DNA of 64,000 nt, from NCBI GenBank assembly GCA_964057225.1, contig OZ059896.1, positions 11,966,001 to 12,030,000 of the forward strand, in the 5' to 3' direction. The position numbers and the translations under genes are program-made. The notes below the pieces were generated by a model, which searched no databases, was not told where the DNA came from, and saw only the letters and a program-made list of their open reading frames with translations. The DNA is from Auanema rhodensis. Lineage: Eukaryota > Animalia > Nematoda. This document shows, piece by piece, positions 1-9,644 of this stretch. Position 1 is the first letter of the stretch. Every line of letters starts with the position of its first letter.

Positions 1-1
1 C

Positions 2-2415
2 CGAACGACTAAACTCAGAATCGTATTAGACGCGAGTTCACACGGAAAAAACTTATTGTCGTTGAACGATATGCTGATGCCAGGCCCAGCAATATTACCT
101 GACCTCAGAAGATTACTTGTGCATGTGAGAGCACACAAATACATCATCACAGCCGACATTGAGAATTCTTACAACAAGGACCAACGTCCAGAAGAAAGGC
201 AATGAGCATCTTAGCGACAGCATTCGACCCACTCGGGTTCTGGGCACCAGTAACGCTGGACATAAGAATAAAAATGAATCAGATATGGCCTTCTGACAAA
301 TCATATGACTACATTCCACCAGAAGTAGAAAGCGAAAAATGGCTCAGAACGACCCATACATATTATGACATCATGAAGAAAAACCATATACCACGACAAT
401 GTAATAATAAAACAGAAGATTGTTACATAGCGGCATTCTCAGATGCGTCATCATATGCGATAGGAGCAACCATCTATCTAGCGAATCAACAGGAATCACG
501 ACTATTATCAGCAAAGTCGTTAACGTCACCTAAAGGCACGATACCTAGACTCGAACTAGTAAGCCTACTACTATCGATGAAAATAGTAAAAGATTATGTA
601 GCGAATAATGCAAAAGAACGCAAGAAAATAGTGTTTTTTAGCGATTCTAAAACAACCTTACATTGGGTTCATTCACAAACATTAACAAATCAAGTGTTTG
701 TGAACAACAGACTAAAAATGATAAAAGCCTTACACAAAGAATTATCAAAAACCCATGAGATAAGCTTCGGGTACGTCAAGTCCGAAGAAAACCCAGCAGA
801 CATAGCATCCAGAGGTTGCTCAGCTACAGATCTGACCAAAAATCAACTATGGTGGGAAGGACCATTATGGTTGAAATCTACCGGTGAATTTTCATTTAGC
901 GAGTCTCAACGAAAACCGTTAGAATTCATAACTACCATATAAACCACAACTGAAAGGTGGTTAGAAGCGGAAAAACAAAGCTCATCAATACGAAAGAACC
1001 GGCTAATAGCAAGAGGAATAACAGTAATAATGAGGAAAATCATAGCGAGCTTAAAAACCACAAAAACGAGAGCTAAAGAAATATTCCCATGGAGCGCGGA
1101 AGAAATACCTGAACCCGACGCTACAAACATAGTAATGCTATTACTACACCAAAAAGCCCATCAAACTTATTTTAATCAAAATAAATGGAAAAACCTTGAC
1201 ATAATATCGGATAGATACGGGATATTACGATATAGAGGAAGAGTTCAACAAAAGAAAATAGAAGATCAACATCTCCCAGCAATAATCAACGGGAAATCAA
1301 AGTTAGCCGAAAATATCATAAGGCAAATGCATGAAAGAAACATGCATGCGGGAAAAAACTTGGTATTAACGAGAGTCATGAAAGACTACTGGCCACTACC
1401 AGCAAGACAAACAGTACATAACGTGCTACAGAAATGCGTAAAATGTAAAAGATTCAATGGGCGACCGTTTAACTATCCCGAAAGTAAAACATTACCCGAC
1501 ATAAGAATAGAAAAATCAATACCGTTTACTAGAATAGGAATAGACGGTATGGGACCATTTATGATCAACTATCCAGGGCAAGAAAGCAACCCAAAGAAAT
1601 CATATATCTTACTCATAACATGCTTAACGACAAGAGCGATACATTTAGAATGTCTATTAGACAATTCAGCTGCAGAAATGTCATTAGCATTAAGAAGGAC
1701 CTTTGCAAGATTCAGAGTCCCAGAAATAATACTATTGGACAATGCACAAACACATAAAAGTGTCCAAAAATTATTTGATGACATGAAAGAGTTAAAACAC
1801 CCCTTATCCTATCTAATGAAAACAATGGCGATCAAATGGAGATGGATCACGCCTCACTCACCTTGGCAAGGAGGAGTGTATGAAAGATTAGTAGGAATAG
1901 TAAAGTCTTGTTTAAACAAGATAATAGGGAATTGGAAGAGAACAATCCCCATCCGAACCATGGAAACCCTCATCCAAGAGGTTTCTAGAATTGTCAAAAT
2001 GAGACCGATATCAACGATAGATGGAGAGAGCATTGAATATTTAACACCGCGCGACCTGATATACCCATATCCGAAAAGAGCAATACCGGAAAAGGAAAAA
2101 CAGGGAAAAAACGCAACAAGCAATGCAATATGGAAAGAAATAAATGAAAGAGTAGAATATTTCTGGGAACTATGGATAAGCATGTACCTAAATCTGCTTA
2201 AAGAAAGAAATGTTATAAGCTCCCAATACAAAAACGGAGTATCAAGAGCCCCAAAAGAGAACGAAATAGTCATATGTACGGACTTTTTGAAAGACAAGAA
2301 AAAATGGCACTTAGCCAGAATAATAAAAGTTGAAGAAAGAGCCGTACATTTATTTCACTCAGGGGGGAGGGTGTTGAAACGGTCAATACACTCAGTTATC
2401 CCGTTAGAAAATTAA
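2..2415 (+). pseudogene. BEL/Pao pol: truncated RT, RNase H, integrase
   Basis: ORFs 202-942 and 1030-2415 are in the same frame, separated by one TAA (940-942). The integrase has a zinc-binding motif (H...HAG...CVKC) and DDE residues in RIGIDGMGP, IILLDNAQ and WQGGVYERLVG. A Pao-type C-terminal tail follows (FWELW...YL..L...W.LARI). The RT core is missing at ~164. Confidence 0.9.
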
Positions 2416-2670
2416 AAAGGGAAAATAAGAATCAAAGAACTAATAAAATAACATGTTCAAGAAATCAATAAACACTAAAAAGATTAATAGTTTATGGTTA
2501 TAACTTTAAAGTGTAAATGTATTAAAATTTCTTAAAATTCTTAAAAATTCTTAAAAAATGACCTACGAGAGATCATTAAAAATTCGAAATTTAAGAAATT
2601 TGATCTATTTTTGAAGATCATTTAAATCATTCAGTAAAGAAAGAATCTAAAAATTCATTCATAAAAAAAA

Positions 2671-3297
2671 ATGGAGGAACTAGATTTCGACGACATCTTC
2701 GATCTTGAAGATACACTACTAGCTCCACTTCCCCAGTCTACCGTGCCAAGTCCTACCGTACCCGCCAAAAAGAACGACTCCGTTAAAAACCGGGCCACCA
2801 AAACTACAGTAACCGCCAGACCGAACGGAACCAATGAGCCTACCGTACCTACCAAGAACAAGAAAGAATAAGTAATCCCATATGGAAAACCACCATCATG
2901 TACAGCGATCAAGCTTGAGGAGATCTGTACGAAGATTCAAAAGATGGACAAGAAGCTGAACCTAATTACAGACATCCTCATTCGCAACGAGAGGAAGTAC
3001 TGGAGAAAAGTAGCCGAAGAAGAAGACAAGAAAAAATGTAAGCTATGTGAGAACAATCATGGAACCGACTTCTGCACGAATTACACGTCAATAACTCAAC
3101 GATTACATAGAGCTCAAGAAATGAATCTATGTCTGAAGTGTTTAAGAAGCGACCATCGTACAGCCGATTGTAGAACTCCTACAACATGTAACCACTGCAA
3201 ATCAAGAGCGTGGGCACATCCGATATGTTGCTGTCCCGATCATCAAGAAGCCGTGGAGAAGAATAAAGAAAACCGAGCGAAAAGAAGAAGAAAGTAG
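2671..3297 (+). pseudogene. Accessory ORF 3' of integrase with triple Cys/His zinc knuckle (one in-frame stop)
   Basis: ORFs 2671-2871 and 2944-3297 are in the same frame, with a single TAA at 2869-2871 and an open frame in between. It has an acidic/Pro-Thr N-terminus, then CKLCENNHGTDFC, CLKCLRSDHRTADC and CNHCKSRAWAHPICC, and a basic tail (KRRRK). Confidence 0.7.
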
Positions 3298-3456
3298 ATT
3301 CAGAATTTTTTGGTTTTGTTGTATGTTATCCTTTTGTGTGTTGACTTTTTGTGTGTTACCTTTTTTGTGTGTTATCCTTTTGTGTGTGTTATCCTTTTGT
3401 GTGTTAAATTTAAAGTTATGAATGGTAGTACTCTAAGCTTTTCGGTTCTTTGGCAG

Positions 3457-3605
3457 TGTCGAGATCGAGGTACAAAATACATTGATCTTTCGAGCGGGAA
3501 AAATGGGTATATATAGGATCGCTTTTACATTGTTTTCATTCCGTATATCTTATTGGTTGAATAAAATTTGGTCGAGTTAAGTGTGTATTTTTTGCGGTAA
3601 TAACA
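3457..3605 (+). repeat. Putative 3' LTR of BEL/Pao element 1
   Basis: Starts TGTCG after GGCAG, has a TATA-like TATATATA at ~3508 and AATAAA at 3560-3565, and ends TAACA. The second LTR is not in the window, so the boundaries are unconfirmed. Confidence 0.5.
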
Positions 3606-4046
3606 CACAAGTGAATTAAAAGATCCTTTATCATTAGAAATTGATAAAGGTCTCACTTATAATAGATCCGAAGAGGATCTGTCATAGTGAGATTCCCAGA
3701 GAGGGAATTCATATCTTTTTCGAATCCCAGAGAGGGATTTAATAAACTCAGTAGAAGAGATCTACTGGTGCCCTTGTTTTCCCAAAGCGGGATTTGCTCT
3801 GTCTGTGTAAGCACAGACAACTCAGGTTTCTCCTGAGCGACTGTAGAGAGTCTACGAGTCAAGCAACAAGGATTCGTAAGAACCAGAGGATTCTGGACTA
3901 CGTCTATATAAGACGTAGATACGAATAGCTCGTCACTGACGAGTTTTGCACGCTCACGCGATTCCTAAAAAGGAATAGTATTGATCGAGAGATCAAAGAC
4001 CGAAAAAATAGAACATACATAAGAGGAAAGATTTCTATTTTTAACA
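3606..4046. repeat. LTR-like segment composed of ~13 consecutive short hairpins
   Basis: Ends in TAACA at 4046, exactly where the pol of element 2 breaks off. Contains a TATA-like TATATAAG and serial inverted repeats (see findings). Confidence 0.5.
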
Positions 4047-5430
4047 GAATCTGTGCAGGTAACTAAGTGGTACTGCTGATTTGGATCTTCTGGTAGGGCT
4101 CGTTGCTGAGTTTTGTTGAAGTTGAAGTTTTCGGCTAGTGTATGCCATGTTTTTTGGTGTTCTTCAGGCAACGTAGTGTCCCAGTCGTAATTCTCTGTCC
4201 ATAAATTCTGTAGGAAGAGTCGTAGTGGGTGCAGGCATGGACTTATCAAACCCATGGGATCAAAGATCGATGCGATGGCTTGTCTAATACCACGTTTGGT
4301 CAGTTTTGTTTCTGGAAGCTTGGTTTGGATGATCCATTGGTCCGTTTCTGTGTCCCATGGTAATCCAAGAACTTTTGGTTTTGATGAGGTGTTTTTCTCA
4401 TCTAGTAGTAGGTTTTTGTTGAAGTCCGGACTGTTCGTTATGAATTCTTGTAGTGTCATGTTCATTTCTGCGAATATGTCCTTTGTTTCTTGGTATCCCA
4501 GTTTGAGGTCTTCTTCTGAGTTTGTGGCAAGTAATAGGTTGTCCACGTAAAGGTTCTCTTTAATTTGGTGAGCTAGGAAGTTTTCGTTGCTTCTTTGTTC
4601 CAGATGATGACGAATTGTGGCTGCAAGGAGAAATGGCGAGGCATTGATTCCAAAGGGAACTCTACAGAAGCGTAGAGTTCTTATATTTTCGGTGCTCATT
4701 GGTTTGGAGATATCTCTCAGCCAAAAGAATCTTGTAGCGTCACGTTCTGACTCGTGGAGTTTTATTTGAAGGAATGCTTTCTTTACGTCTGCTATCAGTG
4801 CCATTTTTCCGCAGCGGAAGCGTAAAGTCATTCCTACTAGTGATGGTAGGATTAGTGGTCCTTGATGGATGACGTCGTTGAGACTGGGTCTGTTTTGGTA
4901 GTGTCCGGAAGCGTCGTACACTATCCTTAGTTTGGTTGTTTCCTTTTGTGGGGTCAGAACTGCTTGATGAGCAATGTAGTGTATCGTTTGAGCGTCAGGG
5001 TATGGTTCTTCTGCTGGTTCGATTATTCCATTGTCTAGTTGTTCTTGAATGATTTTGTCGTATGCTGCTAGTGAATCTGGTTGTTGAGATAATTTTACGA
5101 CTAGACTTATGAGGCGTCTGTGAGCAAATGATTTGTTGTCTGGGAGAAGATTGATGTTGTCTTTCCATGGGAAGGAGACGTAATATCCATCGTCTCTTTT
5201 TTGGATGGTGGATTGGAATTGTTCTAATACTAGTTTGTCTCGTGCTTGTTTTTCTTCTTGTTCGGTTCCCGTAAATTCTTGCTGCTCCTCGATGAAGTTT
5301 TTGTTCCATGTGTCTATCGGGATAAAGGTGTTTCCAGTTATAACTGAGAAGGCGTTGATGGATGGTTGGTCGCTTGCTTTTCCTGTTATGAAGTCTCCAA
5401 ATTGTGTCTTGACTTGTATGTGTTCGTCAG
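4047..5430 (-). pseudogene. BEL/Pao reverse transcriptase, truncated at start of RNase H
   Basis: Motifs TTKLRIVYDAS, SLNDVIHQGP, ADVKKAF, RVPFGINASPFLL, YVDNLL, KVLGLPWD and SIFDPMG. Homology stops at LVTCTDS. It is frameshifted relative to gag-PR around 5410-5430. Confidence 0.9.
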
Positions 5431-7302
5431 AGCTTGCCACATTAAATCGGAGCCTATGAGTATGCGTGGATTGACGTAGGTTCCTTGATTTGATTTGAAG
5501 GTGGAGTTGTCTGATTTCGGAATTCGGACTGTTTTTATGGGACCCGTCAAGGTCTTTTTTGTCCAAAGGTGTGCAGTGATGTTGGAGACTGTTCCTTTGA
5601 TTGTTGCTTTCACCTTTGTGAGGTGTTCAACGCTTTTTGTGTTGCCGAAAGTCTTGATTTTTACGCGTTTAGATTCTATAACGGGTAGTTGAAGTTCTTT
5701 GGCAAGTTCTTCTTCGATGAAAGATGTGTCCGATCCAGAGTCCAAGATGGCTGGGATTGTGGAAAATTTTCCATTCGTCATTATCTTGATTTTTCCTATT
5801 GGAAGGAAGGCGCTTTTGAATTGATTGGTAGAGAACTGGGAGGAGAATTGAACCGTGTGTTCTTCGGTTTCCTCGTCATTGTAGGGTGTGCTCTCAATTA
5901 AGTTGACTTTGGTCGTCTTCTTTTTGTTAGCGCATAAGATGTCGATGTGTTTTTCTCCGCATTTGGAGCATGTTCGTTTGCTTAGACATGACTCCGTGTT
6001 GTGTGTTTTGCGGAGACAGTTGATGCATCTCTTTTCCTGGTTGAGAATGGTTAGACGCTCCTTCCTCGACTTTGTTGTGTCACAGTCCCATGGGGCGTGA
6101 GGTTTCTGGCAGAAGATGCAACTGGATGTTTTTGCTAGTTTTTTAGCTTCTGGTTTGTTGCGTTGGGAATTGTAGGTGTTCCCTGGTGGTGAGTTGTAGA
6201 CTCGTGTGATTGGTTTCTCGAACCGGTCTGCTGCGAAAATTTTCACCTTGTTTTGGCATCGGATATGTCGCCTTGTGATGTCTACGAGGTCTCTGATGTC
6301 AGGTGTTTTTCCCGAGGGGAATGATTTGTAGATCTCTTGGAGAAGGTTAGCTGGTAGTTTCTTGTGTAAGATAACTACAGCGAGGGAGTTGAGTTCGGCG
6401 TTCCTGTTTCCTTCAGTTTGGCGAAAAATGCCTGCGATCTTGTCCATCATGGTGAGGAGGTCATGCTGGTTGGATGTTCTCGCTTGTATCTGGAGAAATT
6501 CCAGCATGAGATGTTGTGTGATGTTGTCGTTATCATCATATAGATCTTGCAGGTGATGTACTGCGCTGAAGTAGTAGTCTTCATCCGTTGGGAATGAAGC
6601 TATTTGTGAAGCTGCTTCTCCTGTCAATGACTGGCGAAGGTAATTAAACTTTTCTATGGTGGGCATGTTCGATGAGTGTATGAGTGTGTGGAACAAGCAC
6701 CAAAAGTTTTTCCAGCTTTTCACGTTGCCATCGAAGCGTGGGATATCGACAGGTTTGAGTGTTGGCCGTGAGCGATATGTTTCCCAGCTTCGAGGTTGTG
6801 TGGAGTGTGTGAGTTCAGCAGTTCCAATGAGGTGGTGCTCAGAGGGCTGTGAACTGTCTGAGTGTGTTGGGTCAGGGCTGTACTCAGTGTGGTTGAGACC
6901 CTTCAGGTAGTTGACTTGTTCTTGTATGTCGTTACTGTATGACAGTAGGGTAGAGATGTGTTTCCGCAGAGTTTCTTCGTTCTTCGTGATCCGACTTTGG
7001 TCCTCGGGGCGTAGGTCGGTTGGGATGTGTTTCATCTCGTCCATCAGTTTGTTGATGGCGAGGATGTCCCCGTTGATGTTTGAAATCTCCCTTTCACGGG
7101 TGTCAATCATGCTTTGGGTTTTGTTTGAGGTATTAGTAACTTGACGTACCGCATATGATTTCCTCCTTGCGTCGTTGTCCTTGAGCTTAGCGAGTAATAA
7201 TGAGCAGCTGCTGTTCCATTGTTCGGCGCGAGTTTCTTCGTTGGACTCGGCTTGATGCACCATGTCGTTTTGTCCTCTAGTTGGAGAGCGAATAACGGGC
7301 AT
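5386..7302 (-). CDS. BEL/Pao Gag + aspartic protease
   Basis: Coiled-coil N-terminus, Pao gag motif FDGNVKSWKNFW..F, three knuckles (CIFCQKPHAPWDC, CINCLRKTHNTESC, CSKCGEKHIDILC), protease AILDSGSDTSFI and PRILIGSD. Confidence 0.9.
   Translation of the reverse strand: MPVIRSPTRGQNDMVHQAESNEETRAEQWNSSCSLLLAKLKDNDARRKSYAVRQVTNTSNKTQSMIDTREREISNINGDILAINKLMDEMKHIPTDLRPEDQSRITKNEETLRKHISTLLSYSNDIQEQVNYLKGLNHTEYSPDPTHSDSSQPSEHHLIGTAELTHSTQPRSWETYRSRPTLKPVDIPRFDGNVKSWKNFWCLFHTLIHSSNMPTIEKFNYLRQSLTGEAASQIASFPTDEDYYFSAVHHLQDLYDDNDNITQHLMLEFLQIQARTSNQHDLLTMMDKIAGIFRQTEGNRNAELNSLAVVILHKKLPANLLQEIYKSFPSGKTPDIRDLVDITRRHIRCQNKVKIFAADRFEKPITRVYNSPPGNTYNSQRNKPEAKKLAKTSSCIFCQKPHAPWDCDTTKSRKERLTILNQEKRCINCLRKTHNTESCLSKRTCSKCGEKHIDILCANKKKTTKVNLIESTPYNDEETEEHTVQFSSQFSTNQFKSAFLPIGKIKIMTNGKFSTIPAILDSGSDTSFIEEELAKELQLPVIESKRVKIKTFGNTKSVEHLTKVKATIKGTVSNITAHLWTKKTLTGPIKTVRIPKSDNSTFKSNQGTYVNPRILIGSDLMWQALTNTYKSRHNLETS
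7245..7262 (-). promoter_or_regulatory. Primer binding site, tRNA-Gly-like
   Basis: Minus strand reads ...ACGACA|TGGTGCATCAAGCCGAG. TGGTGCATC is complementary to the GATGCACCA 3' end I recall for tRNA-Gly(GCC). Confidence 0.65.
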
Positions 7303-7800
7303 TTGTGGTTCAGTGGTAGTGGAATATTAGTCCAAGTAATAGGCAATAGACGCGAGTACAAGAGATGAGTTTATTATCGGCAATACGAATACAATACGAG
7401 TAAAATAGAAATAAATTGACGGGAAGATGATAGCGGTGGCGAAATGATATTGAGACATGATTTAGAAGAATTATTGCGGGTTTATATACTAGGTCCCCGG
7501 AAGTGATAGATAATGTATTAATTGTAGAAAGCGAGAGGAGGGGTCTAAATCCTACGTGAATCATCCCCCGTGCAAGTGGGCGACGGCTATCGCGCCTAAG
7601 ATCTTGCCTAATGGATCAGATGGCAAAGGGCGATAGGTGATTCATCGGCAAATCGGCCGTTGATGACAACTTACAGGATTATCGATTAGATAGTTGAGGA
7701 TAATGGATGGTACAAAGAGAGGACAATAAAGAAATACAATTGAACTAAACTAAGAAGGAACACTATTAACACGGGATGAGAGTGCTTCAGCACAAGTAAT
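7263..7800 (-). repeat. 5' LTR of BEL/Pao element 2
   Basis: On the minus strand it ends ACA next to the PBS, has TATATAAA at ~7488-7481 and AATAAA at ~7375-7370. The outer TGT is ambiguous (7771, 7795 or 7803). Confidence 0.65.
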
Positions 7801-8134
7801 ACACGCTAACATCACCAATTTTCAAATGATACGAATGTATTAAACTGGCAGCAAATTGTTGACATGATGCAAAAACAAGGTTGTCTGGTACTGGATTACC
7901 GTTTGTGGTTACAATTTTAAATTTTACATTCAACCAACATCTTCTCAAATTGAGGAATGACTTGGAATTTTGAGCTATAACAAATTCCCATGGTCCTTGA
8001 GGAAGAAAAGTATTTTTCAAAGGAACTTGTACAGTACGAGTAGACTCTACACCTAATGCAGACGCTGGTATATCACCATAGTTAATGTTAGTTGAAAGGG
8101 CTTGTGCTGATTTTGAATCTATCAATTTAGCCAT
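7787..8134 (-). pseudogene. Maverick major capsid protein (double jelly-roll), N-terminal fragment
   Basis: N-terminal pattern V.P....GPWEF.I......FLNL....L.VKFKI, typical of Polinton MCP. It lies directly after the core-protein gene and is truncated at the BEL/Pao LTR. Confidence 0.75.
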
Positions 8135-8595
8135 TTAAATGTGAAACGACCGCTCACGAGTGATGCACAACCGCTTGTGAGGTTTTGTGGTTTTGCGTCG
8201 CCGTTTGCCCAAGCGGTAAGATCTCGTATAGCCTGCCAACCGGCTGTTTTAAGAGTTTCCTTGATATTATCGCCTTTGAGCACCTCATCGACAATTTCAT
8301 TACCAGTTTTCAGCAACTGTCCGCCAAGAGGTGAATTTACAACTGGAATATTGCTTACAACACTGGATAAAACGTTTCTTCCGTCATTGATGAGATTTTG
8401 GGCTATAGGTGATTGAATGATGCGTTGTAGAAATGATGCCAAAGTTGCCAAAATACCACCCAAACCATGACTTCTCTGCATTCCACGTTCAAACATCATT
8501 CCGCTAAATGGGGTGCCACCCATTTGTTGATTTAAAAGTGTTGTCCATTGAATTGAGTTTAAGTCTAGAAGGAGGTGTGGTATATTGAACCGCAC
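8122..8595 (-). CDS. Maverick core/virion protein (QRxxGLGG motif)
   Basis: QMGG...FSG.....QRSHGLGGILATLASFL followed by amphipathic helices. It lies immediately upstream of the MCP, as in Polintons. The true start is uncertain. Confidence 0.65.
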   Translation of the reverse strand: MRFNIPHLLLDLNSIQWTTLLNQQMGGTPFSGMMFERGMQRSHGLGGILATLASFLQRIIQSPIAQNLINDGRNVLSSVVSNIPVVNSPLGGQLLKTGNEIVDEVLKGDNIKETLKTAGWQAIRDLTAWANGDAKPQNLTSGCASLVSGRFTFKWLN

Positions 8596-8636
8596 GTGCG
8601 CAATACAAAAGTTAGATCACTAGATCATTTTACTAA

Positions 8637-9093
8637 ATGTATTCATCTGAAATAGCGTCACTATTGCCATCTGTTCGCATCACTCGAAAACTATTCCTCG
8701 GCGTATTTAGCGCTGATACTCTACCCAAAACACGTCGAAAGAACTTTGCACTTGTTGTAAATACTGACACACACGATAAACCGGGCACACATTGGCAAGT
8801 CATCTTTGTACGTAATGATCAAGCCTACTTTTTTCTATAGCTTGGGTTATAAAATGAACAAGTACATTCGTCATTATCTGGCCAAAATTAAAAATGTAAA
8901 AGTTAATACTTGCAAACCACAACGCATAATTGAATACACTTGTGGTGGTTATGCAATATTTGTAATACTAATGTTGTCCCCTGGTAATACATTTGAAAGC
9001 ATTTGTTCATTTTTTAAACTATTACAAAACGATGATATCTTTATTAAAGCGTTTATGCATAAAGTATTCGACTATAAATTATCTAGCATATGA
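8637..9093 (+). pseudogene. Adenain-like cysteine protease (frameshifted ~8830)
   Basis: FLGVFSADTLP, VVNTD...PGTHW (catalytic His) and Q....TCGGY (catalytic Cys), split across two frames. Confidence 0.88.
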
Positions 9094-9138
9094 TCAACTC
9101 GCCATTAAAACGTCACCTACTACATTAGGTGGTCAGTT

Positions 9139-9309
9139 ATGAATATTCCCTGTCAATGTGAATTATGTATAAGATACACCTTGGAACAATCTGTGCCAAC
9201 ACCCCTGTACAAAAAGATTTTGAAACGTATTTCAGTGCCATTCATTAAAGGAATATCTCTGGGACTAGGCTTTTGTACTACACTAGTCATTATTCCACTC
9301 ATTATATAA
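9139..9309 (+). CDS. Small Maverick ORF, 56 aa, CxCxxC plus C-terminal hydrophobic helix
   Basis: MNIPCQCELCIRY...GISLGLGFCTTLVIIPLII*. The frame is also open in the second copy at 16779-16949. Confidence 0.5.
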   Translation: MNIPCQCELCIRYTLEQSVPTPLYKKILKRISVPFIKGISLGLGFCTTLVIIPLII

Positions 9310-9350
9310 AAGTGAGTTGACTGTGTGTGGTTGTTTTTTATTTTCCTCTA

Positions 9351-9611
9351 ATGGAACTTTTAAGTAACAAGTAATATGTTACGTGCAAGGAAATATTTTC
9401 ATCAACCAAGCATTTTAGTGATCACGTATTGAAAAGATATGACGGGATTCAACCCGTATGTAACAGTTATATCAGCAATGCTGACTTTATTCAAAAATAT
9501 GGACATTTGGATGGTGTTCGTAGACGTTTGTTCCCTACGGAGAACATTCACAACACGAGCCGAGCGACAAACAAAACTGCCCTAAACTATCTTTCAAACC
9601 TTCGAAAATAA
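9351..9611 (+). pseudogene. Small C2H2 zinc-finger ORF, copy 1 (degenerate)
   Basis: ATG at 9351, TAA at codon 8, then YVTCKEIFSSTKHFSDHVLKRY. The finger is intact in copy 2. Confidence 0.5.
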
Positions 9612-9644
9612 AAATGTGGTTTTGTATAACTGTTGAATTAAACG

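Larger units (their letters stand above)
1..3605 (+). mobile_element. BEL/Pao LTR retrotransposon 1 (5' part outside window; RT core deleted)
   Basis: Frame 2 from nt 2 reads TTKLRIVLDASS...SLND..MPGP...ADIE (Pao RT N-part). This is followed by PTSRRKAMSILATAFDPLG, an RNase H region (FSDAS, TIPRLEL, FSDS, NPADIASRG), an integrase, an accessory ORF and a short putative 3' LTR. Confidence 0.9.
4047..7800 (-). mobile_element. BEL/Pao LTR retrotransposon 2 (5' LTR, PBS, gag-PR-RT; truncated in RNase H)
   Basis: LTR, then a TGG-initiated PBS, then gag/protease/RT motifs on the minus strand. It abuts the truncated Maverick major capsid gene. Confidence 0.9.

Noticed and set aside
3609-3996. Hairpin series as a CRISPR or attC cassette array; ORF 3653-3862 as a protein
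   Set aside because: The stems are not a conserved repeat and the spacers are only a few nt. The ORF has no recognisable motif.
5400-5440. Programmed gag-pol frameshift in element 2
   Set aside because: BEL/Pao elements normally have one polyprotein ORF. The shift falls after the protease, I saw no clear slippery heptamer, and the copy is otherwise truncated, so a decay indel is more likely.
113-7144. Numerous short antisense ORFs over the BEL/Pao genes
   Set aside because: They are shadow frames of strand-biased coding sequence, with no independent motifs.
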